64,000 bases of DNA, from positions 39,496,001 to 39,560,000 of the forward strand of contig CM059432.1 of the NCBI GenBank assembly GCA_030390025.1, written 5' to 3'. Made by a program: the position numbers and the translations under genes. Below the pieces are notes generated by a model. That model had not been told where the DNA came from. It made no database searches and saw only the letters and a list, made by a program, of their open reading frames with translations. Source of the DNA: Squalus acanthias (lineage: Eukaryota). This document shows positions 23,900 through 35,622 of the stretch, piece by piece. Within the stretch, counting starts at the first letter, position 1. Each line of letters starts with the position of its first letter.

Positions 23900-26870
23900 G
23901 TGCATATATATGATGTTCGGGCAAGGTAGGATTGAGATCATCTATGATGGCATCACAGTTCAATATCCTGCAGAGATGAGAAGCCTTCCACACATTCCGG
24001 GAGAGTCAGTGCAGTGCCTCCACATTTGTGTAATGCTAAGCCACATCCTTCTTTTCATGGTCGGACCCTTAAGATCTGAGGCCGCAGGTTCTTGAGTTAA
24101 AGACTGACATCTTGTGAGCCTCAGGACAGTACCAATACACTTCGCTTCCACTATTACCTCATCAGGCTGACTTGTGCTTTTTAATCACCCAGTGCAAAGT
24201 CCCACTCTAAATTGTCTCTTTCCCCTGGTGGATCTTTCTAGGCTGGCAAGTGAGTGTGAGAAGGTGAATGACTGAGTTGATGTTGATGTGGTGGTGTGTG
24301 CAGAGATTAAGGGGCCTTCTACTTCTTCCTCCTTGTCCTCCTCCTCTTCTGCTGCATCCTGCTGCCTTGCATCTATTAAGAAAGAACAGGATGAGATATT
24401 AAAAAGGGGATGGGGGCAAAGCAGGAAGTCATCTGCTTCAGAGATATAAATAACAGGAGTACATGTGCCAGAAGGCTGGCAGTACCTCCATCACAGAGCA
24501 GTGAAAAACAAAGGATTGTAACCACAAACTGACTAAGGGCACAGGGTGACCCACTTCTTCATCATTCACAGCGTGGGCTGAATGTCTCCCTCATATTGAC
24601 AAGGCCTCTTCCTCATGAGGAGTTAGGGCGCAAGTGTCTGGGATCTCCCCCTATGGCCTGCCTCTTCTTGCCATTATGGGCAATCTTCTGCAAAAGAATG
24701 CAGACAGTGTCAAATGCACGTGGGTGATATTAACCTTATTCAGCACTGCTTATGCAGTCAACATTCAAATAGTAAGGAATGAAAGAGGCTGGAAGGAAGC
24801 AAGGACGTGGGGGGTGGGGCGGTGAGCATTCAAACGGTAAGCATACATGGCAGACTATGAGGAAAGATGTCTACTCAAGTGGTATGTGGGAGATGGAAGG
24901 CAACTTGGGCCACTGCTGCACTGTGGAGCCTTGTACAGTAACACATCCTGGGCATTCCGCGTGAGATAGATAACGAGGTAGAGGGGTCTGCACGTGAAGA
25001 AACACCCAGCAGCAGTGGGCAGTAGCAGCAGCAACCGATGGTAGGGACAGCACAGGAGAGACCGCAGCAGAGGGAAAGGCCCACTCCCAACTCTGCTGAG
25101 GATGAGATAGATAAGGACTTCCAGGGCCCAGAGCCATGAGAAGACAACTGCTGGCCTCTCACAGACAGCTGTACGAGATATTGGAAGGTGAAGCTAAGGA
25201 GCCTCACCACTATGGCAGAGAGTGTGGAGGCGTCTGTATCCAGCATCTGTGGTGTCATCTCGTATGGCATCACCACGCTGCAGTCTACCCTGGAGGGTGT
25301 GGCAACCTCCAGAGACACTGCAGCACAGCCCTCACAACAGGAGCTCATGCTAGCACGATTTGCAACTGTGGTGGAAGATTAAACAACTGCCATGCAGACT
25401 CTGGGCTCCACAATGGTGAGAATTGTGGATGGGGAATAGATAGGAACTTTGAAGGGGCTTCTGAGCAACCGGTCAACTTCTGCAACCTGCTCTCCACAGA
25501 TGAATGGAAGTGATGAGCCCCAACCCCAAGGGCAGTGGCAGTGGCACGATGAGAGCAGTATATGCTAGCCTCCTCAGGATGTCAGCATGTCTGCAAATTC
25601 GCCCATCCCATCCCCCTCCCCTGCCCACTCTTCTTAAAACAGTACCCGCCATGGTGCCAGCAAGTCAGCTGGGCCAGACTGCTCTAGCAGCAGTGGTCCA
25701 CAGCTGGGTCCTCACAGACTCGAGCACCCAGAAGCTACTGGGCATGAGGGTTCACACATGAGGCACAGCAGCCTTCCACCAGCTCTGCTGAGGCCACTAG
25801 AGGAGCACCTTGTAGAGTTAGGAAACCTTCTTTAAGGGTGTGAAATGAATGGAAGCCATTTATTATGTTTGGCATTAAATTGATCGCCTTAATGGCCTTT
25901 GGGACTTTGGTCTGCAGAGTGATTTAATAGCAGCTTCTGAGTCTGAATGGTCAGAATGTAATTGATATAGAAGTTGTCTGAATGGTTTGAATGTTCCTCA
26001 ATGAAGGATGAAGGGAGTGATGAAGAATGTGTCAAGAACTGTTAAGCAGAGGGTCTCTGTCCAAGTTCTCAGAACAGGGTGTGAGAAGCTCAGTGGAACC
26101 ACTGAGCTATGTGCTGCTCCCTGACATCTCCTGCTGCAAGGCACTGATGCAGGCCCTTCTTCCTCTGCTGCTTCCTCTCCTTCCCCCAGGTATTTCTCGT
26201 CTGATGACGAGTGCTGCTGCTACTTTTCATCCTCCAGATGCAGGCCTCTCTGCAAAGCAATGTTGTGAAATGTGCAGCAGACCACGACGATGCGTGACAC
26301 TCTATCTGGGGCATATTGCAGGGAGCTCCCTGAGCAGTCCAGACATCTCAACCTCTGCTTGAGTAGTTCAATTGTGTGCACTGTAATGATCCTGGTTGTT
26401 CCCTGGCTTTGATTGTACCTGTGCTGCTCTAGCATGGTGGGGCTGCGCAGGGGTGTCATCAGCCACATCTACAGGGAATATGCCTTGTTCCGCATCAGCC
26501 ATCTTGTTATGCTTCTCCCATGGTCGAATAGTGGGTGATGATAGTGAAGTTTCTGAGAATAAAAGCAACGTGGCAGCTGCCTGGGTACCTTGCACAGACC
26601 TATATGATGTTGTTACTGTGGACAACCACTATCTGTATATTGATAGAGTGATGCCCTTTTCTGCTGACAGATATTGCTGGTTCATGTTCTGCTGCCCTAA
26701 TCGCCATACCCTGTACGCGAGGGTAGCCAGCAACTGCCACGAAGCCACAAGCTCTCTCCTCCTGACTGCTGTAGGTCAGTGGGGAAGGGCGTTGGTCACC
26801 TGCTTAATGCCCCTGTGAACTGCAGACTGCGAGATGTGGCTGATGCTGACTGAAAGGACCCAGTCAGATT
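23900..26870. mobile_element. Old rearranged Harbinger remnants
   Basis: Minus-strand transposase pieces (ISHISQSAVH ~26850; WLMTPLR, LKQRLRCLD, CCTFHNIA 26220-26468); plus-strand Myb C-terminus 24960-25850; minus-strand Myb-like pieces 23960-24700. Confidence 0.7.
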
Positions 26871-26998
26871 GGGCCTAAATTACAACTTTGTGAAGTGGAA
26901 AGCGTTTCAAATTGACACCAAAGTTGCTTTGGAAATGCACCCTTAAAGTTACATTTAGATTCTGGTTTCACACGATGTCGTATAAAGAAGACCCTTCA

Positions 26999-28026
26999 CT
27001 AGTGGGGTACCGCAGGGATCGGTGCTAGGACCCCAGCTATTCACAATATATATTAATGATCTAGACGAGGGAACTAGATGTAATATCTCTAAGTTTTCAG
27101 ACAACACAAAGCTGGGTGGGCGTGTGTGCTGTGAGGAGGATGCAGAGAAACTCCAGTATGATTTGGACAGGTTGGGTGATTGGGCAGATGCATGGCAGAT
27201 GCAGTATAATGTGGATAAAGGCGAGGTTATCCACTTTGGTGGCAAAAACAGGAAGACAGATTATTATCTGAACGGCAATAGATTGGGAAAAGGGGAAGTG
27301 CAACGAGACCTGGGTGTCCTTGTGCACCAGTCGCTGAAGGTAAGCATGCAGGTGCAGCAGGCGGTTAAGACGGCAAATGGTATGTTGGCCTTCATAGCAA
27401 GAGGATTCGAGTACAGGAGCAAGGATGTCTTGCTGCAGTTGTACAGGGCCTTGGTGAGACCACACCTTGAGTATTGTGTGCAGTTTTGGTCACCTTATCT
27501 GAGGAAGGATGTTCTTGCCATGGAGGGAGTGCAGCGAAGATTTACCAGACTGATACCTGGGATGGCAGGAATGACGTATGAAGAGAGATTGGGTCGATTA
27601 GGCTTATATTCGCTAGAGTTTAGAAGAATGAGAGGGGATCTCATTGAAACTTATAAAATTCTAACAGGACTAGACAGACTAGATGCAGGAAGGATGTTCC
27701 CGATGGCGGGGGAGTCCAGAACTAGAGGTCACAGTCTAAGGATAAGGGGTAAGCCATTTAGGACTGAGATGAGGAGGAATTTCTTCACCCAGAGAGTGGT
27801 GAACCTATGGAATTCTCTACCACAGAAGGCAGTTGAGGCCAATTCATTAAATATATTCAAGAAGGAGATAGATATATTTCTTAAGGCTAAAGGGATCAAG
27901 GGATATGGGGAGAAAGCAGGGACAGGGTACTGAATTTGGATGATCAGCCATGATCTCATTAAATGGCGGAGCAGGCTCGAGGGGCCGAATGGCCTACTCC
28001 TGCTCCTATCTTCTATGCTTCTATGC
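26999..28026 (+). mobile_element. Young 5'-truncated CR1 LINE
   Basis: Uninterrupted 303-aa RT C-terminus (SGVPQGSVLGP...WNSLP...GIKGYG); active site reads FSDN rather than FADD; (TTCTATGC)n tail. Confidence 0.97.
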
Positions 28027-28439
28027 TTCAGTCCATCTCAGCTCATCCATCCAAGAAAAAGAACATACAGTCCCATCACCAGGTCATTGAGCTTTATCTT
28101 GAGTGAGTCTAAGGTGTTTGCCTTCACTACCCTACCCAAAAGATTTATTTCTGACATCCATCCGAAACTGGCCTTTCACCAGTTTTAGCCTGTGCCCTTT
28201 GGTTCTAATGGCTTGACATATCTTGAAGTAGTGTTTTGAATTAATTTTACTTAAACCATTTTATATGTTGTAAACTTTCCTTTTGATCACATTTTCAGAA
28301 AGCACTTTGTAGCTTTCAGAGATTTTATATTGTTTAAGACCAACAAAAGTCCATCCTCTGTAAATGCCAATTGCTGAATGACACTGTGGGATAGAACCAG
28401 CCACCTACACTGAGGGCTCAGTTGATAAATGCATTGTCC

Positions 28440-28700
28440 AATGTGGAACTGATCCAAACCGACTCGGAAGGTCACAGTATCATTCCTGTTCTCTGAGCTA
28501 GCTGAGATGAAATATTAGCCAGGTCTCTGCTGTCAATTGCCATTCAGTGATCACTGCTGGAAAGCGGACATCAACTTAGTAGAGGATGACGCTCAGTTAT
28601 AATGCACCATATGGTCGAGCGTTCAGCCAACACACACTATCTAGGATTGCACAGGAAGAATGGTTACTTGGACAGAGTACTGGAGCACAGTAGGAGTACA
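28440..28700 (+). mobile_element. Unclassified SINE-like repeat
   Basis: Shares CTGAG.TAGCTGA, GCTGGAAAG.G and GAAGAATGG..ACTTGG motifs with 33935-34230 and 55483-55790. Confidence 0.5.
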
Positions 28701-30723
28701 GCAATCAATGGGTTGGATTTCCAATATCCTGCCCCAAGACGATTAGAACGGGACTTCCGCCCACCAACCCATATCCCATGGTGAACCTGCTGAAGTTCCT
28801 TCCTTGGGCCTCATTCTGTATGCAGGGTAGTTCTCTGGAAGGATCTCCAACACTAAGATGGCGCCTGCCGCTGCAGAGATGGGGTATTCTGCACCAGAAG
28901 AGGCAGAGAAGCTTTTAGAGGGGGTTTAAGAGCCCAGAAGGTTCTAGAAACTTTTCTACTGAGGGTCTCAAACTGGACCAAGGCCTTCAGCAGGTACGTT
29001 TTTGGGGCTATTATGGAGCGAAAGGAGTCCACTACTAGGCCCTCTTCCTTCACCCAGCAATATATGGGACTGGCCACCACTACCCCAGGGTCCACCACCA
29101 CCCTGGAGCTGGCAGAGTTAGCAGCAGCAAAGGGGAAATCATCAGGAGCCTGGACCCCACCTCCCCACCAGCATTTACGTGCAACAGGCGGTGAAGGGGC
29201 GACTTTCCCAGCGAGGCTGAGGGAGGAAACGTCAGCTCAGGGCAGGGGTGCAACAAGTTGGCCTCAATATCTGATTTCTTTTGCCATTTTCTGCTGCTAT
29301 TCCACCCAATTTAGGGCAGAATCACAGTGCAAAAATCCAGCCAAATGCCTTTAGGCGTGAAGAAAAGAAAATTAGAGGGAAAGAAATAGAATTAAATGTG
29401 CAGATTTGGAGGACATTTTTTTTGCATCAAGGATATTCTCTAAGTAAGTGGAAAAATGCTAACTTTTCTCAGTGACATTTGGTGGAAAAAATAATAAAAT
29501 AGCCTACAAAAGGTTAAAGCAAAAATGGAACAACTGGGCAGAGTGACAAGCACCCAGTCATGGGGATGCATATTAACAATGAAAGTAATTGAAGTTTAAG
29601 TAGAAAGGGCAGATGTTACATTTCAGGTTTTTTACAAATGGCTTAACTCCGTTTAATTAATTCCACAAGGAGAAATAGAACCATTCTACATTACTTCACC
29701 AGGACTGATGGAGAATTTAATACTTTAAAGTAACAGAGCTTTCTCAGAATGGGATGGGAATGCAAATCTATGCTTGATAATAGAAATAAAATAAAAAATC
29801 TACAAAGTAGGAAAGCACATAAAATAGCAAAGTTCTTACCCAGTGACCTTGACCTTCTTAAGTGCGGTTTTCTGCTGGGAGAAATAAGATTGAGTAAAAG
29901 TCTGCAATTTGTTTATATTCACTTGTTTAATGGTTGTTTGTTTCCAAATAGTCCCCAAGCTTGTGTTTTTAATGGCCATTACTGCACCATACTGGCATGG
30001 AGTCTCCGACACCCTTGTACTTCCTAACTGTGCCATAAAAAAATATCAACAATTAGAAAATGTCATTTTGAAGACATGTTTGAAATGTATTTGAACCTGT
30101 TTTTTTAAAAAGTTCTGTTAATGTGTCTGGATAAATACAAGCTCATTGGGTCATTCCTTTTTTCCCACTAAATATGGATACCTGATGGATTAATTTTAAT
30201 TTGCATGAGTTAGAATTCACTTGCTGCAATGTGTTATTTTATTCAGTGGGACTCGCGGGAGCTTGGATGCGTTAGAATTCTGAAGAACCAATGGGAAAAC
30301 ACCTGCAGTAATTGCGTTGAGCCACTTGTTAATTTGCTAACAATGCACTTAATGAGCTGAAAACATTTGCTATTGTTTCTGTGTAGTGCATATACATGGT
30401 TCTGGTGCTTTCTGTTTGATTGGCCTAGCTAAATATGTGAGAAACTGAGACACACAAAAGCATGAAATATATTTTCTCAGCTCCTTAAAGGCGGACCTTC
30501 GGTATTTTTTATAAATAAAACTTTGCAGTCTGTGTTTAAGTTATTGTTTATGAGAATAGTCCTCACTGTCCACTCGATAAATCTTATTATCAGCTCCAAT
30601 ATTCACACGCCTGGAACAGTTTAATCATTTTACAAATTGTGAGGAGCAAATCACATCAAATGCCTTGAAAGGCTTCATATATTATCACTGGAAATTTTTA
30701 CTGTGTAATCCAGCAAAAATACA

Positions 30724-30827
30724 ATTCATAGAATCATAGACCTAGAATCATAGAATGGTTACAGCACAGAAGGAGGCCATTCGGCCCGTCGAGTCCATGC
30801 CGGCTCTCTACAAGAGCACTTCAGCTA
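30724..30827 (-). mobile_element. CR1 3' tail fragment
   Basis: Reverse complement of 10450-10540 with (CATAGAAT)n. Confidence 0.9.
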
Positions 30828-30859
30828 TTCAGTTGTCCCTCAAAGATTGGGGCTGTCTT

Positions 30860-31945
30860 AAAAGCTCAGATTTGAAGCTAAATATGTACAAAACTTTGGT
30901 TAGGCCATAGTTGGAGTATTGTGTGCAGCTCCACCATAGAAAGGACATTAGAGCTATAGGAATATATGCTAGAGATGGGAAACTATTGTTATGAAGACAG
31001 ACTTGAGACACTGGGACTATTTCCACTGGCGCAAAGAAGGCTAAGAGAAGATTTAATGGAGGTTTTTTAATTATGAAGAATTTTGGTAGAATGAATAGGA
31101 AGAGACTTTGTGGTAGATTTCCGCAGGTGCAGACTTTGGCTATCCACCTGGCGGAGTCTGCTCATTGGCCACCTGTTAGTCCCAGCAGGAGGCCCTGTCC
31201 ATTTGAAGGGCGGACCTCATTGCCATTTGACCAGCAGGCTGTGGGCGGACATGAGGCCTGGCCAGCCTCGGAGCCAAAAGAAGGTAGATCTGTGGGGATT
31301 GGGATGGGGGTGGAGTAATATCAGGGGTGGCAAGGAACCAGGCTATTTTCATGGAGCCCAGAGGTGCACTCCCTCCTCTTGACCCCACAAAAGTAGAGTA
31401 AAGCCTATCTGTGACCTACTCTCCGGCTGGACTGCCAGCTGCTACATGTCCAACGCACACTCCACCAGTACTGTCCTAAAATGGCAAATGGAGTCCTATG
31501 TACATCGTAGGACTTTAATTTGCATATTAAAAGGGCCTACCCCCCTGACTCAGGTGGGAACTCCAGCCGCCCAGCAGTAGGCCCAGGGAAGATTGCGGAG
31601 GCCACAGCAATGGCGGAAAGGGGCAATAAGTTATTCCCTACCACTTTTGGGGCGCTGCCACCCCATTTCCGCCAGGTGAGAGACCTCAAAATCTCCCCCA
31701 TCTCCTCTGAATGGGGAGTCGGTAGCGAAGGTTCATCAATTTAAAATCATCACTAACCGAGTGAGGAGAGAGGTTATGAGAAATGTCTTTACACAGTTGT
31801 AGCAGGGCAGAATGTTTTGCCGTCGGGAATGGTTGAGGCAGAGACCATTGCTTCTTTCATGGGAAAATTGTATAAGTATTTGAATAAGAGAATGATACAG
31901 TGCCATGGGGAGAGAGTGAGGCTGTGGGATTAGTTTTGGATTGAA
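30860..31945 (+). mobile_element. Old CR1 3' region split by a MITE
   Basis: TTGGAGTATTGTGTGCAG (LEYCVQ), RRLREDL..VF; resumes after 31700 with GES..GHQFKI-like sequence. Confidence 0.7.
31110..31699. mobile_element. Harbinger-type MITE inside old CR1
   Basis: GGTAGATTT...AAAATCTCCCCC termini; interrupts a CR1 reading frame. Confidence 0.6.
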
Positions 31946-32706
31946 TGTCAACAGGTTTAGCCTACATTACAACAGTGACTACACTTCAAAAGTACTTCAT
32001 TGGCTGTTAAGTGCTTTGGGACATCTGAGGACATGAAAGGCGTTATAGAAAATGCAATTTTTTCTTTTAGAACATTTCAGCAGTTCTGAGTATGTGTGCA
32101 CAATCATTCAGTCAAAGTTAATATGCTTATGCAATTGAATAGTATTACTTTTCAATTCTGCTTTTGTACCATAAGTTATGCAGTATGACAGAACCATAAC
32201 TGACAGAGTTGATATTAATGCTAACACATGGCGCTTGCAACATGTGCAGCACTTTCCCAACAGGTCAGCCAAGTTTTTTCCTGCTGTTTGTGCCATTCTC
32301 TGTATTGTCTCAGTTTCCACATACTCTTTTTAGTTAGCTCAATTCACCTTTTGCACCTTTCAACCCCTTCTATTTCTCTAACTCCAGCTCCGACCAAGCA
32401 CTATCTATCTATATTGTGTGGGAGTGAAAGGCTGATAAATTTAGTGTGAGGTCTCCTTAACTGGTTGTTTAACAAGCTCAACTCAAATCAGCAACCCACC
32501 AGGGTGTAATTTTGGGCAATGAGCGAAGTGTGGGTAGTAGGTGGACCATTGTTCTCACCAGAATTTCCTCCACATTAACCCTCACTTTGCCAGTGGGTTA
32601 AAACTATATGGCAGTTGAATTTCTCGTCAATGTGGCAAACATCTTAAAGGTTTAACATGCGTGAGTCAATCTATTCAGCATTTTTTCTACTACTTTCCAA
32701 GATAAT

Positions 32707-33568
32707 GGCCCATAATTTGCTGTCAAAATAACAATGAGACTAATGGCGCTCGCCGTTATTTATGCACAAATGCTACAGCAACTTCAGGCGAGGGCAAATG
32801 CGAGGTTAAAGGTGGAAATCCAAAAGTTGCTGTCTGAGATGCGCCGCTCCACCGTTAACTTCGCAAAAATGTCACCTTGCTGTCTGGCTCACCATTGAAA
32901 TGCATTGAATGGCATGAAGTTGCTGTATTTGCGCGGTAGATACAAACTAAACTCGCCACAGAAAGTTTCAGTACCCTTTTAACGACGTGGTAAGGGTTAA
33001 ATACTGCCAGTCAACCTCTCTGGAATTGAAAATTAACTATTACCTTATTCCTTCAGGTTTTAATGAGATGTTAAACTGAGGCCCCATCTGCTCTCTCAGG
33101 TGGACGTAAAAAATCCCATGGCACTATTTCAAAGAAGAGCAGGGGAGTTATCCCCGGTGTCCTGGCCAATATTTATCCCTCAACCAACATAACAAAAACA
33201 GATTACCTGGTCATTATCACATTGCTGTTTGTGGGAGCTTGCTGTGCGCAAATTGGCTGCCACGTTTCCCACATTACAACGGTGACTGTACTTCATTGGC
33301 TGTAAAGCGCTTTAAGACGTCCGGTGGTCGTGAAAGGCGCTATATAAATGCAAGTCTTTCTTTCTTTCAATCTGATTGGTTAAGGAGATACACAGTTTCT
33401 TGGCCTGTTCACTCAGGTCCCGGATGCCCGGTTTCCTTCGCCGCGCTGTTATCAGCTTGCAATTTCAGCAACTTGCCATGCAACAAATTAAAAAACCTAA
33501 ATGTGCAAGGGCAAGTCTAATTAATGGCAGACACTGTTAGAATTCACTCCGAAAGTAAATCATGGCCC
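32707..33568. mobile_element. Non-autonomous Harbinger-type MITE containing a SINE
   Basis: TIR GGCCCATAATTTGC / GTAAATCATGGCCC; AAT on both flanks. Confidence 0.75.
33064..33367 (+). mobile_element. Deu-domain SINE (SacSINE1-like), 5'-truncated
   Basis: GTGGACGTAAAAAATCCCATGGCACTATTT...CCCCGGTGTCCTGGCCAATATTTATCCCTCAACC; tail GCGCTATATAAATGCAAG(TCTT)n. Confidence 0.85.
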
Positions 33569-33934
33569 AATAAAATATGCATGATTCAGTGAACGATTAT
33601 TTGTGTTCATGTAACAGCGCAAGGACGGAGAAGGAAGTGTAAATTAGAGTGGATGAATTCAATGTCAAATCAGGTACAGAAAGAGAAATAAAGAGAGGGA
33701 AATAAAGATTGGATTAAGAGAGCGCGAAAAAAAGAAACGGAAATGAAAATAACAGACAGATGCATGTATTTATTTTAAAATAATCTGCTTCAATATCCCA
33801 TTCTTCCTTTTATTTTGTATTTGGGAATAACAACCATGATATTTCAGTTGCACAGGTGGAATTTGGTAATTAGTTCAATATTGTAGTAATAAAAAGTCTA
33901 GTAAAAGACTTAGAGGGTACTAAGTCAAAAAGAC

Positions 33935-34232
33935 TCAGGCCCAGATTTGATCTCCAGACCATGCTGAGTTAACTGATCTCAGGCAGGGCAGCAGTTCGAG
34001 TGCTACAATTAACTAAAGTGTCACTGGGGAAAAAGATAGCCAGCATTTCTTCTGATGCTGTCCAATGTTGGAAAGTGCGCATGTCTGGATTTCGAGCTCA
34101 GCTGTGATGCTCTGTGTGGTCAAATAGACTTTCAGCATTTCCTGGGCTCACATACAACAAATGACTACTGGGGCAAATTACCAGATTGTTGCTAGCACGT
34201 GTGGAGCCATGGCCCAACAAGAGTCAGCTGGG
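33935..34232 (+). mobile_element. Unclassified SINE-like repeat
   Basis: Co-linear with 28440-28700 and with the reverse complement of 55483-55790. Confidence 0.55.
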
Positions 34233-34316
34233 AGAGGACGAGAGAAAATTGGAACAGATAGATAGAAAGAAGTACAAATTTAATTTCAAATTTCAGACAC
34301 TTCTGATTTTAAGAAG

Positions 34317-34703
34317 AACATTTTTTTCTGACTTGCACTTCCAATACTGGCTGGCGATGCATATTGGAAATTTAGATGTAAGTTACGCATGAATTTCCAG
34401 ATGCAAAAATGGATAATGGAGGCCATTATTTCCTGAATATTTTCTTACTGATTTTTGGATGCTTTTAACATCCTAGATATTTAACAGTACTTCTGAAATT
34501 TAAAGTGAGCATAGAAAAATAACAATTTTGGGTGAAATATGGGTATTTCCCTGCCCTTATTCCTAATGTTACGAAGAGAAAGGTGATGAGAATATGGAGG
34601 AAACAAGGATAAGAGAGTGACGCATCACAGAAAACATCTTCAGTTGACACAGAAGATTTCCGATATGCACTTACCAGCAGTGCAAAGTCTAAAAATTGTC
34701 CCT
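34317..34703. mobile_element. Old MITE
   Basis: Inverted arms GACTTGCAC..CTGGCGATGCATATTGGAAAT / ATTTCCGATATGCACTTACCAGCAGTGCAAAGTC. Confidence 0.55.
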
Positions 34704-34859
34704 AAAGTTCTTTCAGATTATTTTCCTGTGCTTACGTTTACCCCAGTGTAGTATCCTCTATATAATGGCCCCAAAAAATAAAAGATCAAACTATTTTATC
34801 ATAAAAGCAATCTTAAATTATTTTCTCAGTAATAAAGGACAATCTGCTGCAACGGTGAC

Positions 34860-35622
34860 TCCAACTAAACATTAGCAAAACCAAAGTCAAGACTTATTCA
34901 GTTCTCACCAGATGCTAAGCAACCTTGCCTTTGATTTGATCGCCCTCCCCAGCTGCTCAGTCAGGCCGACTCGAATGGTATGCAACCTCAGTGGCTTATT
35001 CAACCTTGAGGTGAGCTTCAAACCACACATTCAGTCCATTATTGAGACCACCTATTTCCATTTTCACAGCATCACCTGTGTCCATCCCTATCTCACCCCT
35101 ACTTCCACTGAAACCCTCATTCATACCTTTGTCACTTGCAGACTTAATTTCTCCAACTTACAGGGCTTCCGAGATCCACCCCACACAAATTCATTCAAAA
35201 TTCCACTACCCACATTCTATCTGGTACCACTCTTCTGTCCTTTCCAACCTCCCCTGGCATTGGCTTTCCAACCCTTAGCACATTGATTTTGAAATCTTTG
35301 TCTTCATCTATAAGTTCCTCTATGTCCTGTCTTTACAACTTCCTGCAGACATGCCAGGTCACACCCTCTGCTGTTCTGAGTCTTGACCAGTGCGCAACCC
35401 CCTTCCCTCCACTTTACCATTAACGAGAGCTTTCAGCCATCATAGCCCTGTTCCCTGGAATTCTTTCCCTAAACCCTTCTGCTCTTTACAACTTTAAAAG
35501 CCTACCACTTCAACTTCACCTGTGCCACCTCTGCTAACTGTTACTCCTCTTTCTCCTCTCTTGTGAAGCACCTTGGAACATATTACTGCTTTCAAGGTGT
35601 GATTTTAGTATAAGTTGTTGTC
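34860..35622 (+). mobile_element. Old L2 LINE 3' region
   Basis: ETLIHTFVTCRLNFSN motif; tail GTGAAGCACCTTGG...TATAAGTTGTTG. Confidence 0.75.
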
